Part shown: positions 45,676-53,443 of the stretch, piece by piece
Numbering within the stretch: position 1 is the stretch's first letter
How the letters are laid out: each line of letters begins with the position of its first letter
From: Vicinamibacteria bacterium
GTDB lineage: Bacteria; Acidobacteriota; Vicinamibacteria; Marinacidobacterales; SMYC01
Length of the DNA stretch: 64,000 bases
Assembly: GCA_035457705.1 (NCBI GenBank)
Contig: DATIBD010000019.1
Location: 21,671-85,670, forward strand
Direction: 5' to 3'
Position numbers and translations under genes: made by a program
Notes under the pieces: model-generated
Told to the model about the DNA's origin: nothing
The model's database searches: none
What the model saw: only the letters and a program-made list of their open reading frames with translations

Positions 45676-45808
45676 GGGGCGATCCTATCTCTCACTGTCG
45701 CGTGTCGTGGTCAGAATCGGCCGTAGTCGTTGTAGACGTCAGGATCTTCCACCTGCCCTGGGTAGGGATGAGGGAATCCGTCGGACAGAAGGAACTGCTC
45801 GATGGTAA

Positions 45809-45930
45809 CACCCTTGACCGCGGCCGACCTGAACTCACTCCCGCCAATGACCAGCGAGCTTCCGTTTGGGAAACACTTTAGGAAACCAGGCGAAATCGAC
45901 GAGGCCCGTCTGGCCGACCGTCACTTCGTA
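45809..45930. repeat. direct repeat copy A (3' end of DUF4143-type ATPase gene fragment)
   Basis: Aligns by eye at roughly 80 percent identity with 50971-51087 in the same orientation (...gcggccgacctgaac...aatgaccag.gagcttccgtt.gggaaa...ggcgaaatcgac...cacttcgta). Confidence 0.6.
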
Positions 45931-46308
45931 GAGCCTTCGTTCGGAATCGACGAAGTCGATCTCGTGCTCCTTGGACGCCCAGAACCAGACTTCGCCGGGC
46001 TCGGCATCGAGGAGACGGACGAAGTGCTTCAGACAGTCGAAGAAACCTTCCGAGCGGTTCCAGACGATGGCGGAGCTGGAAACGGCGTTCTCGGACCTGC
46101 GCAGCCGCTTCGACGACGGAACGCTCAGTTTCGAGGCGAGGTCGAAGGATCGCCGGTCCGCGATGAGATGGTTTCGGGAATTCCTCGATCGGTTGAGCCA
46201 GTAAATCGCACCTGCACTGGTGCTTGGATACGAGAGCTCTCGACAAAGATCGAGCCGTACCTGACGATCGCACCCCCTTCGACGCGGCTCGTCGAGGTCG
46301 GCCGTCAA
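45835..46308 (-). pseudogene. 5'-truncated fragment of a DUF4143-type AAA ATPase gene
   Basis: Only the C-terminal portion is present (...EVWFWASKEHEIDFVDSERRLYEVTVGQTG...). There is no P-loop region, and a divergent gene starts 25 nt away. Confidence 0.45.
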
Positions 46309-46333
46309 CCTCGGCTATACTTGACCCAGAATC

Positions 46334-46963
46334 ATGGCTGGGCGGCGCGTCGAGCCCGTGGCCGAAGCTCTCTTCGGACCATTCCGGCTCGACCTGGCCT
46401 CCGAGGAGTTGACTCGCGATGGGCGCGCGCTCAAGCTCCAGCCACAGCCCCTCAAGGTTCTCTGCCTCCTCGCTTCGCGTCCCGGAAAGATAGTGAGCCG
46501 GGAGGAAATTCGCGCCGCCGTCTGGCGGGACGACACGTTCGTCGACTTCGAACACGGCATCAACTATTGCATCAAACAGATCCGGGACGCGCTCGGTGAC
46601 GACGCCGAGATTCAGCGCTACGTCGAAACCATCCCGCGGAAGGGCTATCGTTTCCGAGGATCGGCGGTCCATGCTCAAGACGGCGAGAAAGAGCCGGGCC
46701 GTCGCCGCAACGTCCTCGCGCTCGCCGGAGCGGCGGCGGGCGTTGCTCTCGGTGTGGCGCTCGGAGTGGTGCTTCTCCGGAACGAGGCGGGCGAGAGGCT
46801 CGACTACACGCTGAGCCTTCCGCCGCCCGATGGATGGTCGTTCGGTTGGGAGTTCGGTGGAGGTCAAGTGCCGACGCTCTCCCCGGACGGGCGCCGGCTC
46901 GCGTTCGTGGCGCTCGACGCGAAGGCAACGCTTCCCTCTGGGTGCGGGAGAGTGCGCTATTGA
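46334..46963 (+). pseudogene. truncated CadC/OmpR-type winged-helix regulator with TM segment and only the first blade of a TolB-like propeller
   Basis: Trans_reg_C-like FGPFRLDLASEELTRDGRALKLQPQPLKVLCLLASRPGKIVSREEI...VETIPRKGYRF, then a TM segment (VLALAGAAAGVALGVALGVVLL), then LSPDGRRLAFVALDAK. The expected continuation GNASLWVRE is in another frame, and the sequence then becomes AT-rich and non-coding at about 46958. Confidence 0.62.
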
Positions 46964-47025
46964 AGAAGAGGATTTTCCAGAGCGCGTCGCCACGAGTCAG
47001 TAGGAAAGGAGGATAGAATTACGGT

Positions 47026-47250
47026 ATGGAAGAGCTCACCGCGCTGAGCCCGGCCGAGCGGTTTCGGATCGCGATGGATTTGTTCCAGACCGGCGTCGAT
47101 TTGATGCGGCAGAACCTCAAGAGACAGCATCCCCACGCCACCGAGGATCAGATCGAAGAACTCCTTCGCGCTTGGCTTCGACACCGGCCCGGGGCCGAGT
47201 TCGGAGACTCCGAGGGGCGGCCCGGCGCCTGGCCCCGAAAGCGGAGGTGA
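47026..47250 (+). CDS. small helical protein, putative antitoxin partner of the nucleotidyltransferase
   Basis: 74 aa. AGGAGG lies upstream. Its stop overlaps the NTase GTG (GTGA). No family recognised. Confidence 0.42.
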   Translation: MEELTALSPAERFRIAMDLFQTGVDLMRQNLKRQHPHATEDQIEELLRAWLRHRPGAEFGDSEGRPGAWPRKRR

Positions 47251-47843
47251 GTTTTCTCGAATCCGCGCTGCGCCGGCTGTGTGCCGACCTCCTCGCCGCC
47301 AGAATCAAATTCGCCCTCGTCGGTGGCCTTGCGGTTTCGGTCCGAACCGAGCCACGGTTTACCCGCGACGCGGATCTAGCCGTTGCGCTTCGGGACGACG
47401 AACAAGCCGAAGCGCTCGTCTGCGACCTGCAGCAGAAGGGTTACACGATCGTGGCGACCGTCGAGCAAGAGGCGGTCGAACGGCTGGCGACCGCGCGGCT
47501 GCAACCGCCTTTGGGTGCTCGGACGGGCGTCCTTCTCGACCTGCTATTCGCTTCGTCGGGAATCGAAGACGAGATCGTGAATGAAGCCGAGCCTCTCGAG
47601 GTCTTGCCGGAGCTCACCATTCCGGTGGCTCGCACCGGGCATCTCATCGCTCTCAAGATTCTGTCCCGAGACGATGAGACCCGCCCGCAGGATATCGTGG
47701 ACCTGAGGGCACTATCGAAGAAGGCTCCTCGAGAGGAGATCGAGCGCGCCAGGAAGGCGTTGAAACTCATCGAATCGCGGGGGTTTCACCGCGGTCGACC
47801 ACTTCTGAAGATGCTGGAGGAGTTTCGCAAGAATCGCTCGTGA
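47247..47843 (+). CDS. minimal nucleotidyltransferase (TA/AbiE-like NTase family)
   Basis: GTG 47247 is coupled to the upstream stop. NTase core ALVGGLAVSVRTEPRFTRDADLAV (GG...R.T.D.D). Intact ORF. Confidence 0.68.
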   Translation: MSFLESALRRLCADLLAARIKFALVGGLAVSVRTEPRFTRDADLAVALRDDEQAEALVCDLQQKGYTIVATVEQEAVERLATARLQPPLGARTGVLLDLLFASSGIEDEIVNEAEPLEVLPELTIPVARTGHLIALKILSRDDETRPQDIVDLRALSKKAPREEIERARKALKLIESRGFHRGRPLLKMLEEFRKNRS

Positions 47844-47855
47844 GCTTCCCAAGCC

Positions 47856-50375
47856 TCACGGGACGAAGTTCTCCACCAGCATGATGTCGGATCCGTGCGC
47901 GTCCTGCTGCATGTAGTAAATCCACTCTCCGTCCGCGGTGATCGTAAACAGGTTGGGGTTTTTGTCCTCACCGAGCTCCACCAGAGTGGCTACTTCACCC
48001 GTCTCCCGGTCGAGCGCATCGAAGGAATGGTTGCCGCTTCCGAACACGATGAGGTTCTGCCACCGGGCCCACAAGACCCATCGATCGAGGACGAGTGTCG
48101 GATTCGGGTCGCCCTCCCGCAGGGCCAAGATCTTGTCGTCCCTCTCGAAAAGAATCTCGTCGGGGCTCGAAAAACCGAAGAATTGGGCGTTGGGAGAACC
48201 AGCTCCGCGGCTCCGCTTTCCGCGGGAACTCGTCGAACCTGGCCTTCGCCGTCCCGGCGCGTGAAAAAGAAGATGTGGCGGCCGACCGCGGACCATCGGG
48301 GACCGACGTTGTCGAACCGATCCTCGGTCAGTCGACGGGGGAAGCCGCCGGATGCGGCGACGACGAAGATGTCGGAGAACCCTTCGGTGCCCGATTGAAA
48401 CGCGATCCGCGAACCGTCCGGCGACCACCTTGGCATCGCGGCTCCTCCGACGTTCGTGACCTGGCGCGGTGACGATCCGTCGGCGTCGGCGATCCAGATC
48501 TGCCACCCCGAGCGGCCCGACATAAACGCGAGCTGCTTCCCGTCGGGGGAGACGTCCGGGGCCATGTCATGCCACGTCGATCCCACGACGAGCTCGGGCG
48601 GAAGCCGATTCTTTGCGGCGGGCCCCGAGACGCGCCAGAGGTTCCAGTTGCCCAGCTGCGCTCGTAGACGAGCCGGTTGGCTCCCCGAGCCATCGACGGC
48701 GCTCCCGTGCGCTCTCCAGGAAGGTGAGTCTTCGCTTCGCCGCCGCTCACCGGGTCCACCGGGATGGATTCGAGGTGGGTCGAGTCCATGCTCTGTCCGA
48801 TGGAGAAGATGACGTGACGACCGTCGGGGGAGAAATCCGCTCCGCAAATGAGCCCCGGTTTCGACACCAGGGTGCGCTCCTCGCCCTTCGCCAGGTCGTA
48901 CGAGAGAAGGTCTCCCGGTCGCTCGATCTGGGGAGCGGGATGGGTGCGCTGGAACAAGATCGTCCGTCCGGGGAGAACTTGGGGAAGCGGTCGTGCAGGA
49001 ACTCGCGGCTCGGCGACGTCAACCGCCGAACCTGGCCCGTTTCTCTCGAGAGGAGGAAGATCGCGCTCGGCTCATCGAGGGTCTCCCCGTTCACCATCGC
49101 GAGCTCTTTCCCGTCGGGTGAGTACGAGAGGCCATGGCCCCCCGTCCGCCTGGCCCAGCCCCCAACCGCGGGCACTTCGAGAACGTCGTGCTCGGGTCTC
49201 CCTTCGCGATGCCGGAGGAACGCGACGCGAGCTCCGTCGGGAGACCACGCCGGGCTGACGTCGTGTCCGCCGTTCGTGAGCTGTACCGCTTCTCCTTCGC
49301 CAACGAGCTGCACGAAGATGTGGCCGTCTTTCACGAAAGCGAGTTGCTTCCCGTCGGGAGAAAGAGCTGGCTCTCGCTCGAAGTCCGGGTCGCTCGTCAT
49401 GGGCACGAACCGCAGGGGCGGGAGGTCGGGGGAACGCATCGACAGGACGATCGCGACGCCCGCAACACCGACGGCGGCAGCTGTCGCGAGCGGCCACCAC
49501 CGCCTTTTCCTTCGGGCGGTTCGGATATCGCTCGCGGTCAAGGCGTCGCCCGATTCGAGATCTTCGACGAGCTCGGTGAGCGCCACTTTCAGATCCGACG
49601 CGTTCTGGAAGCGCCGGTCGGGATCCTTCCGGAGTGCCCGGTGGACGATCTTGTCGAAGTCGACCGGAAGCGACGGGTCGATGGCGGTGAGCCGCTCCGG
49701 CTTGCCACCCACGATCTCGGCGAGAACGGCGATGGACGTGTCGCCCGAGAACGCTCTCCGGCGCGCGGCCATCTCGTAGAGCACGGTTCCGAACGAGAAG
49801 ATATCGCTCCGGGCGTCGATGGTCGTTCCCTGCGCCTGCTCGGGGGACATGTAGGGAGCGGTGCCGGCGATGCGGCCCTCTTTGGTCTGGGACTGGACGC
49901 GATCGAGCGTCGTCAGGGCCGAGTCGACGACGGCGTCCAGGAGCTTTGCCAGTCCGAAGTCGAGGATCTTCACGAGCCCGTCGGCGTTCACCATGATGTT
50001 CTCGGGCTTCAGATCGCGGTGCACGATGCCGTGACGGTGCGCTCGGGACAATCCATCCGCCACCTGAGTGACGATGGCGAGGACTTCCTTCAAGCCGAGC
50101 CGGCGGGAGTCGAGGAGCTCGCGCAGGCTCTTCCCTTCGACGAGCTGCATCACGAGTTAGAGCTGACCGTCCACGGTCTCGCCGATCTCGTGGATGGTGA
50201 CGATGTTCGGATGGTCGAGTCCCGATGCCGCGCGGGCTTCCCGCTCGAATCGCTTCCGCCGCTCCGGATCGGAAGCGCCGTGGGCGGAGAGAACCTTGAT
50301 GGCTACGTCCCGCTGGAGCCTCGAGTCGCGGGCTCGATAGACGACTCCCATGCCGCCCGAGCCGAGCTCCGCCAC
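47856..50375 (-). pseudogene. Ser/Thr kinase - TM - TolB-like beta-propeller gene inactivated by one in-frame TAA and at least three frameshifts
   Basis: The kinase reads ...ETVDGQL-TAA-LVMQLVEGKSL... (TAA at 50157-50159), with HRDLKPENIM and DFGLAK intact. The propeller (repeated SPDG[KR]xxAF blades) has to be assembled from four different ORF-track frames: 48747-50153, 48328-48957, 47990-48847 and 47856-48506. Confidence 0.8.
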
Positions 50376-50483
50376 GATCTCGTAGGATCCCAGACGGTCG
50401 GGGGTGACATCTTCCGACGATTCACTATAGGGCGAGCGTTTTCTTCACGTCAACCAACGACAGCGACGAGGTAGACTGCGAGC

Positions 50484-50969
50484 ATGCTCAGCTCAATCAT
50501 TCTCTCTTTCCTGGTTTCGTCCCCGCTCGTCTACGACGCTCCGAAGGAGTGGACGCCTTCTCCGTCGACTTCGTCGATGCGGCTCGCCCAATGGAAAATG
50601 GGGACGAGCTCCGAGGTCGTCATCTTCTACTTCGGCCCGGGTCAGGGCGGGGGAGTGGAAGCCAACCTCGAGCGGTGGTACGGGCAGTTTGTCCAGCCCG
50701 ACGGTAGCGCCACGCGAGAGCACGCTCAGGTGCGCAAGATGAAGGTCGGTAACCTCGACGTCACACGCGCCGACGTTTCGGGAACGTACGTGGCGCCCGT
50801 TCGTCCCGGTGCGAGCGATCGGCACGACGAGAAGGACTACCGCATGATCGCCGCGGTGGTGGAAGGACCGTCGGGGCCATGGTTCATCCGCCTTCTCGGG
50901 CCGCAGGCGGAGGTGTCCGCGGCCGAAGCGTCCTTCGACGCGTTTCTCACGAGCCTTCGGATTTCGTGA
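50484..50969 (+). CDS. hypothetical protein (161 aa)
   Basis: Intact ORF with a short hydrophobic N-terminus. No motif recognised. Confidence 0.45.
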   Translation: MLSSIILSFLVSSPLVYDAPKEWTPSPSTSSMRLAQWKMGTSSEVVIFYFGPGQGGGVEANLERWYGQFVQPDGSATREHAQVRKMKVGNLDVTRADVSGTYVAPVRPGASDRHDEKDYRMIAAVVEGPSGPWFIRLLGPQAEVSAAEASFDAFLTSLRIS

Positions 50970-50970
50970 G

Positions 50971-51087
50971 CACCCTAATTGCGGCCGACCTGAACCACTT
51001 CCCCAATGACCAGGAGCTTCCGTTGGGGAAAGACCTTCGGAAGCGAGGCGAAATCGACAAGCCGGTAGGGCCGACTTTCACTTCGTA
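50971..51087. repeat. direct repeat copy B (decayed 3' remnant of a DUF4143-type gene)
   Basis: Same orientation as copy A. The minus-strand translation YEVKVGPTG / LVDFASLPKVFPQRK needs a 1-nt frameshift relative to copy A (YEVTVGQTGLVDFAWFPKVFPKRK). Similarity stops abruptly at 51087. Confidence 0.6.
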
Positions 51088-51499
51088 ATGCCAGGTGCTG
51101 TAAGTGGGTGTCCGGGTCGATTCGCTCGCTCAAACTCATCGCCGGGATGAGAGTCCCTAGACCTCTGTAATTGAGAGATTCGAAGTATATGAGTCAAGTT
51201 TTGGAGGTGGGGGGAAGAGTCTGGCGTTTTGAATGAGTTTGTCACCACGCGGAGAGCGCCGCCGCAGGGGCACAAAAGGGGTCGCGTTCGAGGACCCTAC
51301 GAATCAGATTTGCCCACCGTCGGCGCAGAGCCTGTTTTCGGACTGGGCTCTCGGTTTGAGGCGAAGCTTCGCTGGCAGGGTGATGAAAAACTCAGGCCCA
51401 CCCTGCGCGAGTGGAGCGTTCGACTTCGCCAAGGCTTCAGCCATGCGCTTCGCTTCGGCGAGACACGACTATCACGGGTCCCGCCACGGCATTGAGCAT

Positions 51500-53443
51500 C
51501 TAGAGAGCAGAGCCCCCGAGGGCCTCGAGCGCTGAGCGCAGGCCCCCGGCGTCGAGGTATCTCTTGGCGGGCTCTTTTTCCAGGCAGCGAAGAATCACGG
51601 CCGAGAGCTCGGGTGAAACACCCGGGTCGAAGTCACGGGGATCCGGCGGAGGCGTACTTCGGTGCATCTCCAGGACTTCCTCAATTGTGGGGGCTTCGAA
51701 GGGACGTCTCCCGGTTGCCATCTCGAACAGGACGACCCCCAAGGCGTAAAGATCCGACCGTCGGTCGAGCGGCGAGAGACTGGCCTGCTCCGGAGAGGCG
51801 TAGTTCGGAGTTCCAAGGAAGACGCCGGTCCGCGTCGTGCCCGGCTCGCCCAGAAGCCGGGCGACACCGAAGTCCGTGAGATAGGGCTCTCCCTCTCCGT
51901 TCATCAGGATGTTCTGCGGCTTGATATCCCGATGCAGGACCTTGTGGGCATGGGCGGCTTCGAGAGCGGCGGCGAGTTTGGCTCCGATCGCGGCGCACCG
52001 GCTCGGAGACAGCGGCGACTCGGCGCTGATCAGCGTCCCGAGGGTCTGGCCGTCCACCCATTGCATCGTCAAGTACTTCTTACCTCCGAACTCCCCCAGG
52101 TGATACATCCTGAGGACGTTGGGGTGACCGATATCCCGGGACAGAATGATTTCCTTGCGGAAGCGCTCCAGGATGGCTTCATTGGACGCGAACTCCGAGC
52201 GAAGCATTTTGATGGCGATCTTGACTTGCAGCATCTGGTCGTAGGCCTTGTAGACGATTCCGGCGGCGCCCGCGCCCACCTGCTGAAGGAGCTGATACCG
52301 TCCGTCGATGACGCCCAGACCCAGATCGTGTCCGATGGTCGTTCCTTCCGTCGAGATCCCTTTCCGGAGCGAAGCGGGGCTCGCGCTCGTCGGCGATTGC
52401 TGCATGCTGGCGAAGTCCTTGATCCACCGGCGGAAGAAATGATTGACCAAGACGAAACGGCGTTCTTCGTTCCGACGGATGAATCCGAGCTGCTCGAGAC
52501 GGTGCAAGCTGTCGCGCAGCGCTCCGTCGCTGATGCTGAGGCTGTCTTGAATCGAGTGGCTCACCGCGGCGCTCTGCTCGGCGATGATCCGAACGATGTC
52601 TCGTTCGCTCTGGGAAAGCATCTCGAAATCCACGGAGAAGAAGTAACTGACCATACGATCGTTGGCTACTTCCTCGAGAGCATCGCCGACATCTTCCAGC
52701 TCGAGGTAACGCTTGCAAACGAGCTGAATGAGATAGGGGTGGTTGTCACAATGCTCACGGATGGTGGTGACGGTCCGATCATCGAACCGCGGGCGAGACG
52801 CGCCGTCAAGGTTCTGCTGGCGAATCAACGACGTGGCCTCATCGTCGGAGAGAGCCCGGATGTAGAGAGGCGGCGTGAATCCATGGAGGAAAGGTGACGT
52901 GTCACCCTTTTGCTCGGCCAGTGCCCAGAGCCGAATCGTAGATGCCAAAACCGACCGGATTCCCTCCCGCGATTGCATTTCGCGCCTGAGCTTCCGCAGG
53001 AGGGACGGTTCTTTCTCGTTCAAACGGATGAGCTCCTCCACCTCGTCGCAGAGCAAGAGAAGCCGCAAATTCCTCACCCTCAACTGACGACGGAGGTGCC
53101 CCAAGGACACGAAGAGATCGTCGGCTTGGATTTTCTCCAGGGACAGGCCGAGCCGCTCGAGACGCTCCTCGGCATCGAGAAGGGCGTCGCCGAAATCGGC
53201 ATGGAGCTCGTCTGGATCTTCGGCCCCCTGGAGATCCCAGAATATCGGAAAGTAACCATTCTCGGGAGACGAAGCCGTGATCTGCTCGACCTGTTTGAGC
53301 AGAGAAGTCTTTCCGATTCTCCTCGTCCCCAAAAGCCACAACCAGTTGCGAGGACCATCCAGAATCTCGGTGATCTCGTTGGCCCGTCCGTAGAATTTTT
53401 CGCCTCGCACCCATTGGCCGACGACGTAAGGGATGGCTTTCAC
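51500..53443 (-). CDS. STAND-like P-loop ATPase + winged helix + C-terminal Ser/Thr protein kinase
   Basis: GTG start overlapping the upstream stop (GTGA). N-terminal IPYVVGQWVRGEKFYGR, Walker A GTRRIGKTS, Walker B LLLLCDEVEEL, NHPYLIQLVC. wHTH-like LHRLEQLGFIRR. Kinase motifs GAGAAGIVY, IAIKML, HRDIKPQNIL, DFGVAR, SPEQ. Confidence 0.85.
   Translation of the reverse strand: MKAIPYVVGQWVRGEKFYGRANEITEILDGPRNWLWLLGTRRIGKTSLLKQVEQITASSPENGYFPIFWDLQGAEDPDELHADFGDALLDAEERLERLGLSLEKIQADDLFVSLGHLRRQLRVRNLRLLLLCDEVEELIRLNEKEPSLLRKLRREMQSREGIRSVLASTIRLWALAEQKGDTSPFLHGFTPPLYIRALSDDEATSLIRQQNLDGASRPRFDDRTVTTIREHCDNHPYLIQLVCKRYLELEDVGDALEEVANDRMVSYFFSVDFEMLSQSERDIVRIIAEQSAAVSHSIQDSLSISDGALRDSLHRLEQLGFIRRNEERRFVLVNHFFRRWIKDFASMQQSPTSASPASLRKGISTEGTTIGHDLGLGVIDGRYQLLQQVGAGAAGIVYKAYDQMLQVKIAIKMLRSEFASNEAILERFRKEIILSRDIGHPNVLRMYHLGEFGGKKYLTMQWVDGQTLGTLISAESPLSPSRCAAIGAKLAAALEAAHAHKVLHRDIKPQNILMNGEGEPYLTDFGVARLLGEPGTTRTGVFLGTPNYASPEQASLSPLDRRSDLYALGVVLFEMATGRRPFEAPTIEEVLEMHRSTPPPDPRDFDPGVSPELSAVILRCLEKEPAKRYLDAGGLRSALEALGGSAL

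Noticed and set aside
50157-50159. In-frame stop inside the kinase domain considered as selenocysteine recoding, because selC is in the window
   Set aside because: The codon is TAA, not TGA. It replaces a normally hydrophobic or aromatic position, and the gene has further frameshifts, so it is a nonsense mutation in a pseudogene.
49134-50474. 446-aa plus-strand ORF opposite the kinase pseudogene
   Set aside because: It is antisense to unmistakable kinase subdomains (HRDLKPENIM, DFGLAK) and has no features of its own.
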